Shown: positions 25,654 to 35,897, counted from the first letter of the stretch. The stretch: 46,946 bases of DNA from Verrucomicrobiota bacterium (GCA_038226425.1 JBBRQL010000002.1:1-46946), one strand, 5' to 3'. Notes: generated by a model from the letters alone, not told the origin. Numbers and translations: made by a program.

Positions 25654-25944
25654 GCCGGGACGGTGCCGGTGCCCTGCCCTGGAACGCCGGATCTCCGTGA
25701 ACTGCGGGCAGGCGGCACGCGTGGACGCGACGGCGTATGCCCGGTCGGGCGCATCTTGACACTGCCCCCGCGCCGAAACGGGTGGTGTCCGGAGCGCCGC
25801 TTTTCAAGCGGCCGGTGGCGGGCCAGGCTGCGACCAGCCGGTTGGAAACCGGCGCTCCCAGGGCAGTGTCCGGATGCTCCCTGCCTGGTCCGTCTTCCAA
25901 AGCGGTCCTCGCCGCGGCGGCCGCGGTCGGTCATCGTCGCGGCG

Positions 25945-27180
25945 ATGTCTTCGTCCGTCGCCAAGCCTCGTCTCCGCATCCGCGTCACCGCGACGGCGGA
26001 ATCCATCATCCGCGGCGGCCACCCGTGGGTCTACACCGACTCCCTCAGGGAGCAGAACCGCGACGCCGAGGCGGGCGAGCTCGCGGTCATCTTCGACCGG
26101 AGCGACAAGTTCCTCGCCATCGGCCTCTTCGATCCCGGTTCGCCCATCCGCGTCCGCATCCTCCACGCCGGCAAGCCGGTCACCATCGACGCCGCATGGT
26201 GGCGCGCGCGCTTCGACACCGCGGTGGCGCGCCGCACGCCGGAGGCCATCGGACCGGACACCGACGGCTACCGGCTCATCAACGGCGAGAGCGACGGTTG
26301 GCCCGGCCTCGTGCTCGACCGGTACGCCGAAACCTTGGTGCTCAAGCTCTACTCTCCCGTGTGGTTGCCGCGCGTTGCCGAGCTGACGTCGATGATCCAA
26401 GCGGCGCTCCGCCCTGCCCGCCTGGTCTTGCGCCTCAGCCGGAACAGCCAGGACGCGGCGCGCTTGATGGGCCTCGAGGACGGCTCGGAGATCGGCGGCA
26501 CCCGGCCGTCGGGCGACGAAGCGCCGGGCCCGGTCGTGGTGTTCCGTGAATCCGGCCTGCGGTTCGAGGTCGACGTCATCCGCGGTCAGAAGACCGGGTT
26601 CTTCCTCGACCAGCGCGACAACCGCCGGATCGTCGGGACCTTGGCTGCCGGCGCCGAGGTGCTGAACGCGTTCAGCTTCTCCGGCGGGTTCAGCCTCTAT
26701 GCCGCGCGCGGCGGCGCGAAGTCGGTGACCGACCTCGACCTGTCGGCCCACGCGCTCGCATCGGCCAAGCGCAATTTCGCGCTGAACCACGACGACGCGC
26801 GGATCAGCGCCGTGCCGCACGACCAAGTGCAGGGCGATGCCTTCGAGTGGCTCGCCAACGGTCCGGTGCGGGCCTTCGACATGGTGGTCCTCGATCCGCC
26901 GTCGTTGGCGAAGCGCGAGGCCGAACGCCACGGCGCGATCCAGGCCTACGGACGGCTCGCCACCTCGGGCATCGCACGCGTGCGGCCCGGAGGCACGCTG
27001 CTGGCCGCGTCGTGCAGCGCGCACGTGAGCGAGAACGAGTTCTTCGGCGCGGTGCGCGAAGCCGCCCGCCTCACCGGACGCCGCGTCACCGAGCTCCGCA
27101 CCACGACCCACGCACCCGACCATCCGGCCACCATCCCGGAGGCGAAGTATCTGAAGGCGATCTATCTGAAAGTCGCGTGA
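25945..27180 (+). CDS. class I SAM-dependent rRNA methyltransferase (RlmI/RlmK-like, PUA-type N-domain)
   Basis: Start at [14 protein letters not shown]. Motifs: [75 protein letters not shown]. The track ORF begins 282 nt further upstream inside a repeat-rich non-coding region. Confidence 0.85.
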   Translation: MSSSVAKPRLRIRVTATAESIIRGGHPWVYTDSLREQNRDAEAGELAVIFDRSDKFLAIGLFDPGSPIRVRILHAGKPVTIDAAWWRARFDTAVARRTPEAIGPDTDGYRLINGESDGWPGLVLDRYAETLVLKLYSPVWLPRVAELTSMIQAALRPARLVLRLSRNSQDAARLMGLEDGSEIGGTRPSGDEAPGPVVVFRESGLRFEVDVIRGQKTGFFLDQRDNRRIVGTLAAGAEVLNAFSFSGGFSLYAARGGAKSVTDLDLSAHALASAKRNFALNHDDARISAVPHDQVQGDAFEWLANGPVRAFDMVVLDPPSLAKREAERHGAIQAYGRLATSGIARVRPGGTLLAASCSAHVSENEFFGAVREAARLTGRRVTELRTTTHAPDHPATIPEAKYLKAIYLKVA

Positions 27181-27225
27181 GGCGTGGACCTGAGACTTGA
27201 GACCTTGGACCTGAGACCCTTCCCG

Positions 27226-28023
27226 ATGCGCCCTTATCTCGATCTCCTCCGGCACGTGCTCGAGCACGGCAAGTCCAAGTCCGACCGCACCGGCACCGGC
27301 ACCTACTCGCTCTTCGGCGCGCAGACGCGTTACCGGCTCGCGGACGGGTTCCCGCTGGTCACGACCAAGAAGGTCCATCTCAAGTCGATCCTGTACGAGC
27401 TGCTCTGGTTCATCCGCGGCGACACGAACGTCAGATGGTTGCAAGAGCACGGCGTCACCATCTGGGATGAATGGGCGGACAAGCAGACCGGCGACCTCGG
27501 CCGCGTGTACGGCGCGCAATGGTGCGACTGGCGCACTGCCGACGGCCGAAGCATCCATCAGCTCGACGACGTCATCGCCCAGATCCGGCGCGACCCGCAT
27601 TCCCGCCGGCTGATCGTCAGCGCGTGGAACCCCGGGGAGATCGGCACGATGGCCCTGCCGCCGTGCCATTCGCTCTTCCAGTTCTATGTGAGCGACGGCG
27701 AGCTGAGCTGCCAGCTCTATCAACGCAGCGCCGACCTGTTCCTCGGCGTGCCGTTCAACATCGCCAGCTACGCGCTGCTCACGCTCATGGTCGCGCAGGT
27801 GACCGGGCTGAAGCCGGGCGATTTCATCCACACCTTCGGCGACGTCCATATCTACTCGAACCATGTCGAGCAGGTGAAGCTGCAGCTCAGCCGCGAGCCC
27901 CGGCCGCTCCCGACGATGAAGATCAACCCGGAGGTGAAGGACATCCACGCCTTCCGGTACGAGGACTTCGAGCTGGTCGGATACGATCCCCATCCGGCCA
28001 TCAAGGCACCGGTGGCGGTGTAG
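27226..28023 (+). CDS. thyA: thymidylate synthase (ThyA type)
   Basis: [31 protein letters not shown]...[10 protein letters not shown]...IWDEWAD...GPVYG.QW equivalents...[10 protein letters not shown]...ALPPCH...[17 protein letters not shown]. At 265 aa it is collinear with E. coli ThyA from its first residue. Confidence 0.95.
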   Translation: MRPYLDLLRHVLEHGKSKSDRTGTGTYSLFGAQTRYRLADGFPLVTTKKVHLKSILYELLWFIRGDTNVRWLQEHGVTIWDEWADKQTGDLGRVYGAQWCDWRTADGRSIHQLDDVIAQIRRDPHSRRLIVSAWNPGEIGTMALPPCHSLFQFYVSDGELSCQLYQRSADLFLGVPFNIASYALLTLMVAQVTGLKPGDFIHTFGDVHIYSNHVEQVKLQLSREPRPLPTMKINPEVKDIHAFRYEDFELVGYDPHPAIKAPVAV

Positions 28024-28071
28024 GCGGACGCGGAGCGCCGAGCGGCTTCGGCCGGAGCCGGCCCCGGGGCC

Positions 28072-29310
28072 TCAACGCGATGACGCGGGGTCCGGAGGCA
28101 ACGCGCCGGCGACGTGCGTGAAATCGAAATCTCTCACCGCCTCGGCTGCGAGCGTCCCGAGCCTGCGACGCAGCCCGATGACGTTGCCCGCCTCGGTCGG
28201 ATGGTTCCGGTTCGCGACGAAGATCACGGACGTGCCGGAGAACGGATCGATCCAAAGGCTCGTCCCGGTCCAGCCGGTGTGGCCGAAGCTACCGATGGGG
28301 AAATGAGCGCCGCGCGGGCCGGCATAGGGCGAATCGATGTCCCAACCGAACCCGCGCCGCGCCATCCCGGGCGGCGATTGCACGGACGTCATGAGCTTCA
28401 CCGTCTCCGGTCGCAGAACGCGCCGTCCGTCGAGCTCGCCGCCGCCGAGCATCATCCTGGCGAAGCGGGCCAGGTCATCGGCGGTCGTGAACAATCCGGC
28501 GTGCCCGGCCACGCCGCCCATACGCCGCGATGTCGGGTCATGCACGACGCCGCGCAGCAGGCCCTCCGCCCGATGTTCGGTCGGCGCGATGCGACCGCTG
28601 CCCGCGGCGGTGAAGGCGACCCCGGTCGCCGGGTCGAAGGGCCGGAATCCCGTGTCCTTCATCCCGAGCGGACCGAAGACCTCGCGGGCACAGAACTGGT
28701 CGAGCGGTTCGCCAGCCACGCGCCGGACGATCTCGCCGAGCAGGATGAAGTTGACGTCGCTGTACCGGGACTTCGTGCCGGGCGGTTCGACCAGCTTCTC
28801 GCCACAGGCGAGGGCGATGGCGGCAGCGCGGCCCGTCCACTCCTTTTGCAGCGAGAGCCCCGGCGGGAGGCCGGAGACGTGCGTTAGCAACTGCCGGACG
28901 GTGACGGCTTCCTTCCCGTTCGCGGCGAATTCCTGCAGATAGCGCCGCACCGGTGCTTCCACGTCGATGCGGCCTTGCTCGACGAGCTTCATCACCGCGG
29001 TCGTCGTCGCGATCACCTTGGTGAGCGACGCGGCGTCGAAGATCGTGTCCTCGGTCATCGGTTCGTGGACCGGCTCGACAGCGCGGACTCCGAAGGCCTT
29101 GTGGTACGCGGCGCCGCGACGCTCGAGCCAGAGCACGCCGCCCGGCGTCTGGCCTTCGCTGATCGAGGCGAGGATCGCCGCATCGATCTCCGCGAGCTTC
29201 TCGGAACGGAACTCGGTCGTGGCCGCGGGCGCGACCCGCGGGACCGTCCGGCACGAGACAAGGCAGACCGCGAGCACGACCGGCAACAACGCCAAGGAGG
29301 AGCGGAACAT
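28072..29310 (-). CDS. serine hydrolase, beta-lactamase/PBP4-like family (probable lipoprotein)
   Basis: Start MFRSSLALLPVVLAVCLVSC (lipobox). S-x-x-K motif in FDAASLTKVIATT. YSDVNFILLG (Y-x-N) and a later HTGWTG (H/K-T/S-G-like) motif. Confidence 0.85.
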   Translation of the reverse strand: MFRSSLALLPVVLAVCLVSCRTVPRVAPAATTEFRSEKLAEIDAAILASISEGQTPGGVLWLERRGAAYHKAFGVRAVEPVHEPMTEDTIFDAASLTKVIATTTAVMKLVEQGRIDVEAPVRRYLQEFAANGKEAVTVRQLLTHVSGLPPGLSLQKEWTGRAAAIALACGEKLVEPPGTKSRYSDVNFILLGEIVRRVAGEPLDQFCAREVFGPLGMKDTGFRPFDPATGVAFTAAGSGRIAPTEHRAEGLLRGVVHDPTSRRMGGVAGHAGLFTTADDLARFARMMLGGGELDGRRVLRPETVKLMTSVQSPPGMARRGFGWDIDSPYAGPRGAHFPIGSFGHTGWTGTSLWIDPFSGTSVIFVANRNHPTEAGNVIGLRRRLGTLAAEAVRDFDFTHVAGALPPDPASSR

Positions 29311-29371
29311 GCCGGACCCTGGACCTGGGAAGCGGACCAAGTCGAGCCACGGCAAACGCCGTTCGAGCTTC

Positions 29372-30175
29372 TCAGGCCGATGCCGCGCCGGTCGTCGTGC
29401 CTCCCGGTTCCGTCACGTGCGGCCTCTGCGGATCGAACGGGTCTTCTGCCCACTGCATCGGGTCACCGCGCAAGAACCCCATGAAGGAAGGTTCGGCAGG
29501 GGAGGCGAACTCGCGTTCCTCGCCGCCCCAAGGGATCCACAGCTTGGCCGCGTGCAGCGCTTGGTTGGGCAGCATCAGCTGCGCGCGATCGGCATCGGAC
29601 AACCGGCGTTCCACGAACCGGAGATAGAGCGTCTCGTCCGGGCCGTACATCTTCTCGCCGACGAGCGGATGCCCCAGGTGGGCGAGATGGATGCGGATCT
29701 GGTGCTTGCGGCCGGTGTCGAGCCGCACGCGCAGCAGCGTGAACCCGCCTTCCGGCCGGGTGAACTGCCGGACACGCCACCAATGCGTCCGCGCCGGCGC
29801 GCCGTCCGGCCGCACCCGGTCCTTCACCGACACGGCGCTGGCCTCGTCCTTGCCGAGCGGTCCGTCGACGTGCCCCGACTCCTCGCGGACCGCGCCGTGG
29901 ACGATCGCGACGTATTCCTTCGTGACCAAGCCCGTCTGCCACAGCCGCCGCAGCTCCTCCGACGCTTCCGCCGTCTTGCCGAAGACCATCACCCCGCTCG
30001 TCTCGCGGTCGAGGCGATGGACCATCTGCGGTTCCGCCGCGAGGCCGAGATGAATCCGGACGCGGCTGATGAGGCTGGACCACGCGTCGCCCTTGGTCGG
30101 ATGGCAGACCAATCCGGCCGGTTTGTGCAGCACCAGCAGGTCGGCGTCCTCGTGGAGGACCGGGAACAGCGTCAT
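29372..30175 (-). CDS. RluA-family pseudouridine synthase
   Basis: Starts MTLFPVLHEDADLLVLHKPAGLVCHP. Catalytic motif VHRLDRETSGVMVFGKT, and later GRKHQIRIHLAHLGHPLVGE. The N-terminal extension in the track ORF is not needed. Confidence 0.88.
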   Translation of the reverse strand: MTLFPVLHEDADLLVLHKPAGLVCHPTKGDAWSSLISRVRIHLGLAAEPQMVHRLDRETSGVMVFGKTAEASEELRRLWQTGLVTKEYVAIVHGAVREESGHVDGPLGKDEASAVSVKDRVRPDGAPARTHWWRVRQFTRPEGGFTLLRVRLDTGRKHQIRIHLAHLGHPLVGEKMYGPDETLYLRFVERRLSDADRAQLMLPNQALHAAKLWIPWGGEEREFASPAEPSFMGFLRGDPMQWAEDPFDPQRPHVTEPGGTTTGAASA

Positions 30176-30237
30176 GTGCACGCCATTGGGCAATCGGAAA
30201 TTGGCATTTGGCAATCCGCCGCTAATCTCCGCGCCCG

Positions 30238-30876
30238 GTGAGTCTCCGTCTCCGCCAACTGTTGCCGTACTTCTTCCTCGCGCTGGTCGCGTTGTCACGC
30301 TGGCCGGGGCTGATGCCGGTGAACTTCAGCGCGATGTACGCCCTGGTCTTCTGCGCCGGGGCCCTCTTCCCGGAACGGCTCACGTGGCGCGCTCCGTTCG
30401 GCGTGCTGCTTGCGACCGATCTGGCGCTGGATGCCTACTACCAGTTCGGCAAGGGCTACGAGGTCTTCACGGTCGGGGGGCTGCTCTATCTCGCCTGCAA
30501 ATACGCCGGGTTCGGCGCGCTGTGGTGGATCGGCCGTCGATTCCGCGGCACGCGCGACGTCTGGGGCCTGCTCGGCGGCGGCGTGCTCGGCGCGATCGTC
30601 TTCTACTTCGTCACCAACACCGCCGCTTGGTTGCTGAACCCCTTCCACAACCCCGAGTACACGAAGAGCCTCGCGGGCTGGCTCATCGCGCTGACCACCG
30701 GCACCAAGGGCTGGCCGCAGACCTGGGAGTTCTTCCGCAACACGCTGCTCAGCAGCGGTCTGTTCACCGGCCTTTTCGCGCTGGCGTGGCGCTTCACCCC
30801 GGCCGAATCGCCCCAGGAAAAGGGCGAAGAAGCCGACGGCGAGAAGGCGCCCGAAACCGAAGAGGCGAAGGCGTGA
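30238..30876 (+). CDS. polytopic membrane protein, DUF6580-like
   Basis: GTG start; 212 aa; 5-6 TM helices. The motif GAIVFYFVTNTAAWLL...SLAGWLIALTTG recalls the FF-V-TN-W signature I associate with DUF6580. Acidic C-terminal tail. Confidence 0.5.
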   Translation: MSLRLRQLLPYFFLALVALSRWPGLMPVNFSAMYALVFCAGALFPERLTWRAPFGVLLATDLALDAYYQFGKGYEVFTVGGLLYLACKYAGFGALWWIGRRFRGTRDVWGLLGGGVLGAIVFYFVTNTAAWLLNPFHNPEYTKSLAGWLIALTTGTKGWPQTWEFFRNTLLSSGLFTGLFALAWRFTPAESPQEKGEEADGEKAPETEEAKA

Positions 30877-30965
30877 AGGCAGGTCTCCCGTCCCTGGTCC
30901 TCCGAGTGCCGGAGAGAACTAGTTGGGTGCAGACGGGCTGAGGGCCGGGCACACAGGATTTCCCC

Positions 30966-31427
30966 ATGAAGATCGGCGTCATCTCCGACACCCACGGCCA
31001 TCTCGACCCGAAGGTCTTCGAGCTCTTCGCCGGCGTCGGGCACATCCTGCACGCGGGCGACATCGGGTACCCGAGCCTCGTCCTGGAGCTCGAAGGCATC
31101 GCGCCGGTGACCGCTGTGCTGGGCAACAACGACGCCGGGCTGGATTTTCGCGAGAGCGAGATCGTGGAGCTGGGCGGGAAGAAGTTCTTCGTCCACCACA
31201 TCGTCAACCCGCGCTCGCTCAGCGACGCGCTCCGCGTGCGTCTCGCGCGGATGAAGCCCGATGTCGTGGTCTTCGGCCACACGCACCAGCCGTTCTGCGA
31301 GACCATCGGCGGCGCGCTCTTCTTCAACCCCGGCTATTCGGGCAAACCACGCTTCAAGGTCGAGCGCAGCGTGGCCGTGCTCGACCTCGGCGGCGACGAG
31401 GTCACAGCGCAGTTCCATGCGCTGTGA
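30966..31427 (+). CDS. YfcE/MJ0936-type metallophosphoesterase
   Basis: MKIGVISDTHGH...HAGDIG...VLGNND...VVFGHTHQPF. These are the complete calcineurin-like phosphoesterase motifs in a 153-aa protein. Confidence 0.88.
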   Translation: MKIGVISDTHGHLDPKVFELFAGVGHILHAGDIGYPSLVLELEGIAPVTAVLGNNDAGLDFRESEIVELGGKKFFVHHIVNPRSLSDALRVRLARMKPDVVVFGHTHQPFCETIGGALFFNPGYSGKPRFKVERSVAVLDLGGDEVTAQFHAL

Positions 31428-31446
31428 GGCGCGGCGCCCGGATCTG

Positions 31447-31968
31447 CACAGAAGAGAACGAAGACCGCGAAGGAATCGCCGCCGGAACAACGGGGCCAAG
31501 CCTAGGAGGGTAGGCTTCCAGCCTGCCAGTCCTCGCGGGCTTCCAGCCTGCGGTGCCTGAGCCCGGATGATGCAGTCCAACGGATCACGGACGGTCACGT
31601 CCGCGCAAATTCCTGTGAGGAACTCGGTGCCGAGATCAGGACGGGCCGCCCACCGAAAGGTGCGGGTGCCCTGAGCTGGAACCATTCTTTTGAACAGAAG
31701 GAAACGAAGCCATCAGCAGAGGCGACCCTGGCCTTTGCGGAAGCGCACAGCCGCCACCCTTTGGTGATCATTTTCGTTTTGACCCGAAGTTCAATTTCTC
31801 GCCTCCCCGCTCTCTGCTCCCTTCGTTTCCTTCGTTCCCTTCTGATCCAACTGCAGGGTCTCGGCTGTGAGCTTGTTTGAAAAACGGGGCAGGCATCCGA
31901 CCCGGTTGCGGGCGGCACTCGCGGTCGCATCGTCCCGGCTTGCTGCGCTCCGTTCCCTTCTGTCGAAC
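31447..31968. repeat. nested inverted copies of a CAGAAG(G/A)GAACGAAG motif in a 570-bp convergent intergenic region
   Basis: Forward copies at 31447-31466 and 31692-31711. Reverse copies at 31819-31847 and 31948-31968. Positions 31698-31710 (GAAGGAAACGAAG) are perfectly complementary to 31821-31833. A direct duplicate GGCTTCCAGCCTGC lies at 31513-31526 and 31538-31551. Confidence 0.65.
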
Positions 31969-31998
31969 ATCCGGGCACGCCCGGCTGACCGGCTCCGG

Positions 31999-32526
31999 TC
32001 AACCCGGCATGAAGCGGCCCGCACCGATGATCTGACAAGCGAGCGCCAGCAAGCCGCCGCTGAGCACGCCCGCCGCAAGATCATCCGCGACCACGCCCCA
32101 GCCGCCGGGCAATCGTTGGAGAGCGCCGACCGGCCAAGGCTTCCAGATGTCGAACAACCGGAACAGGCCGAACCCGATCACCAAGACCGGCCACGCCTGC
32201 AGGAGTCCCGATGCGGTCGGGACGGTTCCTGTCCGGAACCACGCCCACAGCACGTGGCCACCGATCGTCAGAGGCAAGGCCACGATCTCGTCCAGGACGA
32301 CGGATCCCGGATCATGTTGGCCGAGGATCTGTTCGGCCTGCCCGCAGCACCAGACCGCGAGGCCTGCCGCGATAGCGGTCGCGAAGAAAAATAAAGACAA
32401 CGACCGAGGCCAGAGCAGGAGAAGCGCCCAGCCAATCCCCAGCACCGATCCCCACGTCCCCGGCGCGAAAGGGATGCGTCCGATCCCGAAGCCTTGGGCG
32501 ACCCACACGATGAGCTTGGACTTCAT
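31999..32526 (-). CDS. pgpA: phosphatidylglycerophosphatase A
   Basis: Starts MKSKLIVWVAQGFGIGRIPFAPGTWGSVLG. Also has DPGSVVLDEIVALP and FRLFDIWKPWPV, the PgpA signature motifs. 175 aa. Confidence 0.88.
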   Translation of the reverse strand: MKSKLIVWVAQGFGIGRIPFAPGTWGSVLGIGWALLLLWPRSLSLFFFATAIAAGLAVWCCGQAEQILGQHDPGSVVLDEIVALPLTIGGHVLWAWFRTGTVPTASGLLQAWPVLVIGFGLFRLFDIWKPWPVGALQRLPGGWGVVADDLAAGVLSGGLLALACQIIGAGRFMPG

Positions 32527-32549
32527 GCCTCCTTCGCCGGCACGCCGCA

Positions 32550-33140
32550 TCACATGTCCTGCAGGTACAGGTCGCGGTTCCGCCACAGGTAGATGGTGCC
32601 GCTGAGCGCGGTGAGCGCGACGGCGACCCACTTCGAGCACTGCTCCAACCGGACCGACCACGGCACGCCGAAGAGATGCCAGCCGAAGATCCACTCGCCG
32701 ACCGGGCCCCATTGCGGATAGCTGAGCACGGTGAGCACGGCCACGATCGACACGATCTGCGAGATGGTCTTGTGCTTGCCGTAGCCTTCGGCCGCCAGCA
32801 CGACGTTCTTCGACGCCGCCAGCAGCCGCAGCCCGGTGATCGCCAGCTCGCGTCCGACGATGATCACCACCATCCAGGCCGGCATCAGGCCGCGACCGAC
32901 GAAGGCGATGAACGCCGAGCAGGTCAGGATCTTGTCGGCCAGCGGATCCATGAGGATCCCGAAGTTCGTGATGAGCCCGCGCCGGCGCGCGATCCGGCCG
33001 TCGAGGAAATCGGTGATGCCCGCGAGGCTGAAGAACAGCAGCGCCACGCTCTCGTGGCCGGGGAACCGCCCGAACATCGCCGCGAGGAAAAGCCCCGTGA
33101 GCGCGAATCGGGAGACGGTGAGCTGGTTCGGGAGGTTCAT
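32550..33140 (-). CDS. pgsA: CDP-diacylglycerol--glycerol-3-phosphate 3-phosphatidyltransferase
   Basis: Starts MNLPNQLTVSRF. CDP-alcohol phosphotransferase motif DFLDGRIARRRGLITNFGILMDPLADKIL. 196 aa, directly upstream of pgpA. Confidence 0.9.
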   Translation of the reverse strand: MNLPNQLTVSRFALTGLFLAAMFGRFPGHESVALLFFSLAGITDFLDGRIARRRGLITNFGILMDPLADKILTCSAFIAFVGRGLMPAWMVVIIVGRELAITGLRLLAASKNVVLAAEGYGKHKTISQIVSIVAVLTVLSYPQWGPVGEWIFGWHLFGVPWSVRLEQCSKWVAVALTALSGTIYLWRNRDLYLQDM

Positions 33141-33333
33141 CAGGAACGCGGCCAGCGTGGCCACGGAACGGCGGGAACGCACGCGGGAAACCAAGGCGCG
33201 ATCCGATGTGCTGCCAGCATCCTGCTGGCAGGGCTCGCCGAAGCCGGAGCCGCGGGAATTTTCTGCGCGCGCCCAATCGCACCTTCTGCCTGCGAGACGT
33301 ACGGCAGCACGTTGGCGGCGCTCCCGCCGCTCC

Positions 33334-33780
33334 TCAAGGCAGCAGCTTGCCGACCAGCGTGCTCATCAGCTTGCCGTCCGCGCGGCCGGCGGCCTTCGCC
33401 TGGGCGGCCTTCATCACAGCGCCCATGTCCTTCTTGCTGGTCGCGCCGACCTCGGCGATGGCGGCCTTGACCAGTTCTTCGGTCTCCTCGGGCGAGAGCT
33501 GCTTCGGGAGGAACTCCTCGAGCACCTTCAGCTCGGCCCGTTCCTTGGCGGCCAGCTCGGCGCGCCCACCGCGGTCGAACTCCTCGATGGAATCGCGGCG
33601 CTTCTTGGCCTCCTTCTGCACCACGGCGAGCACGTCCGCGTCCGGGAGGACGTCCACCTTCTTCTCGATCTGGACGTAGCCGACGGCGGATTTGAGCATG
33701 CGCAGCGCGCCGGTGCGGTCGGCGTCCCTGGCCAGCATGGAGGCCTTGAGTTCCGCGTTGATCTTCTCAATCTGGGTCAT
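33334..33780 (-). CDS. GatB/YqeY domain protein
   Basis: MTQIEKINAELKASMLARDADRTGALRMLKSA...KKRRDSIEEF...ELKVLEEFLPKQLSPEE...MGAVMKA. Typical 148-aa YqeY-like protein. Confidence 0.85.
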   Translation of the reverse strand: MTQIEKINAELKASMLARDADRTGALRMLKSAVGYVQIEKKVDVLPDADVLAVVQKEAKKRRDSIEEFDRGGRAELAAKERAELKVLEEFLPKQLSPEETEELVKAAIAEVGATSKKDMGAVMKAAQAKAAGRADGKLMSTLVGKLLP

Positions 33781-33870
33781 GCTGTGAGGATGCGGCACGT
33801 CATGCCGCTTGGCGATGCCCGATCCGCGCGTCCTGCCCGGCGTCGTCGGCCGGGGTCCTGGTCCGGGCGG

Positions 33871-34635
33871 TCAGGTGTCGGACGCCTGGAGCTTGCGCAT
33901 CTTGTCGCGCACCTCGGCGGCCTTCTCGTAGTCCTCGATCTGGATGGCCTCGTCGAGCACGCGCTGGAGCTTCTCCAGCTCGCTGAGCGGCTTCTTCTTG
34001 CGGACCTCTTCGAGCCAATGGCGCAGCGAGGCGATCTCACCGCTGTTCTCCAGCAGCTCCTCGCGCTCGTTGTCGCGGTAGAAGGCCTCCAGCTCGGACA
34101 CCCCCTCCTCGATCGCCTCGATCGCGGCGACGTACTTCTTGCGCTTGATGGCGGCGGTGCCGCGGGCCCGGGTGCGCATCATCACCAGCTGCGGCGCGAA
34201 CTGCAGCAGCGACCAGGCGAGCTCGTCCGTCTCGGCGAACTCGGCGGCGAACTCGAACACCTTCAGGTTGCGCTCGCAGTCCCGCTCCACCGCCGCGTAG
34301 TCCTCCAGCTGGAAGTAGCAGATGTAGCGGTGATGGTACTGGATCGACTCCTGCTGGAGCTTGGCGCAGGCCTCCGGGTCGAGGCCGAACTCCTCGTCGT
34401 CGCCGTCGTTCTCCTCGCGGTGGGATTCAAGCCGGGCGAGGTGGAACTCGTGCCACGAGCCGTGGCCCATCGGGCGTTTCCCGTCCGGCCGTCCCTCAGC
34501 GTTCATCTGCAGGATCCCGAGGTCCACGCGGAGCTGCACCTTCTCGGCGCCGTCCTTGCCCTTGAACCGGCGCGCGACCACCTGGCCCGGCTGGTAGTCC
34601 CAGTCGGTCAAGAGTTCGGAGATGTCGTAGCTCAT
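33871..34635 (-). CDS. UVR (UvrB/UvrC-motif) domain protein, function unknown
   Basis: 254-aa ORF with good codon usage. The C-terminal LEKLQRVLDEAIQIEDYEKAAEVRDKMRKL is a UVR motif. The remainder was not recognised. Confidence 0.65.
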   Translation of the reverse strand: MSYDISELLTDWDYQPGQVVARRFKGKDGAEKVQLRVDLGILQMNAEGRPDGKRPMGHGSWHEFHLARLESHREENDGDDEEFGLDPEACAKLQQESIQYHHRYICYFQLEDYAAVERDCERNLKVFEFAAEFAETDELAWSLLQFAPQLVMMRTRARGTAAIKRKKYVAAIEAIEEGVSELEAFYRDNEREELLENSGEIASLRHWLEEVRKKKPLSELEKLQRVLDEAIQIEDYEKAAEVRDKMRKLQASDT

Positions 34636-34757
34636 TCGGCGCGAACATGGGAGCCGGCGCGGGGCTCGTCAATCCGCGGAAGGAACCCGCACCGGCACCC
34701 GGATCGGCGGACATCGGAGGCGCCCGGCCGCCCTGCGCGCTGCAAGCCCGGACGTTG

Positions 34758-35501
34758 CTATCCGGCCTTGTCGCACACCGCCGGTCCGTCGTCTTCGGCC
34801 GGGCCGACGCAGACCACGAACTCGCCCTTGCGCGGACGCGCCGCGAGCTGCGCCGCGAGCTCGGCGGGCGTGCCGCGCAGCCATTCCTCGAACTTCTTGG
34901 AGAGCTCTCGCGCCAGCACCACGCGCCGCGCCGGGAACGCCACCATCAGCTCCGCCACCAACCGCTCGATGCGGAACGGCGATTCGTAGAAGACCAGCGT
35001 CCCGGGCACCGTGACCAACGCCGCGAGACGGTTCGCGCGTTGTCCCGATTTGTGCGGCAGGAATCCCACGAAATGGAACTCGTCGGTCGGCAGGCCGCTG
35101 GCGGTCAGTCCCGCGATGAGGGCGCACGCGCCGGGCACCGGTTCCACCCGGCAGCCGGCCGCGACCGCCGCCGCGACCACGCGCCCGCCCGGATCGCTGA
35201 TGCCCGGCGAACCGGCGTCCGTCACCAGCGCGATCTTCTCGCCGCGCCGGAGCCGTTCGACGAACTCCGCGCTGCGCCGCGCCTCGTTGAACTTGAAGTA
35301 GCTCAGCAGCGGCTTGGTGATGCCGAAGTGCTTCAGGAGCTGTCCGGTGTGCCGCGTGTCCTCGGCCGCGACGACATCGCATTCCCGGAGCACGCGCAGC
35401 GCCCGGAGCGTGATGTCCTCCAGGTTCCCGATCGGCGTCGCGACGAGATAGAGCGTGCCCGGGACCAGCGGCGGCAAGGCGGGGACGACGGACGGTTCCA
35501 T
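34758..35501 (-). CDS. rsmI: 16S rRNA (cytidine1402-2'-O)-methyltransferase
   Basis: Start MEPSVV...GTLYLVATPIGNLEDITLRALRVLRECDVVAAEDTRHTGQLL. Also ALVTDAGSPGISDPG and VFYESPFR. Tetrapyrrole-methylase-fold RsmI signature. Confidence 0.9.
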   Translation of the reverse strand: MEPSVVPALPPLVPGTLYLVATPIGNLEDITLRALRVLRECDVVAAEDTRHTGQLLKHFGITKPLLSYFKFNEARRSAEFVERLRRGEKIALVTDAGSPGISDPGGRVVAAAVAAGCRVEPVPGACALIAGLTASGLPTDEFHFVGFLPHKSGQRANRLAALVTVPGTLVFYESPFRIERLVAELMVAFPARRVVLARELSKKFEEWLRGTPAELAAQLAARPRKGEFVVCVGPAEDDGPAVCDKAG

Positions 35502-35897
35502 GCGCGCGAAGCTATATGGCGCGCCGGTCCGCGACCCGCGCAAAGTGATGCCAGCGGAGGCGGCCGCCGCCGTGGCGCACTTTCCCAGGAGGGCGGATTT
35601 TCCAGGCCGCCTCCCTCCAACTCGTCCGGAACCAGCCTTCGTCCCACGCGCTGCCTGCCGCCGCGTGGTATCAACGCGCATCGGGCCACGTCCGGACCGT
35701 CTGGATGGCGCAAGGCGCGATGGTGGGATCCGACGGTTTTCCAAGCTCCGGGAAGGAGGAATCGCAACCGACGCGGATTACCACCCGAAGGGTGCCAGCC
35801 ATCAGCCGGGCTCAACGCAGCAATTCCCAGGACAAGGCCGCTCCAAAGAATCGCCCCCTGCAAGGGTGCCAGCAGCCCCCATAGCGCCGGAGAAGTT

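Noticed and set aside
27184-27225. A 14-codon N-terminal extension of thyA from the track ORF start, together with the TGAGAC x3 / GGACCTGAGAC x2 mini-repeat it contains.
   Set aside because: ThyA aligns with the E. coli protein from the internal MRPYL start. The mini-repeat is short, lies in a 45-nt intergenic spacer, and I cannot tie it to any function.
28024-28071. An intrinsic terminator between the convergent thyA and hydrolase genes (GCCGA...TCGGC, GGCCGG-AG-CCGGCC).
   Set aside because: The stems are only 5-6 bp and have no U-tract on either strand. This is too weak to annotate.
31447-31968. Repeats in this gap as a CRISPR array.
   Set aside because: There are only four imperfect copies. 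They are in mixed orientation and irregularly spaced (about 245, 127 and 129 nt). No cas genes are present.
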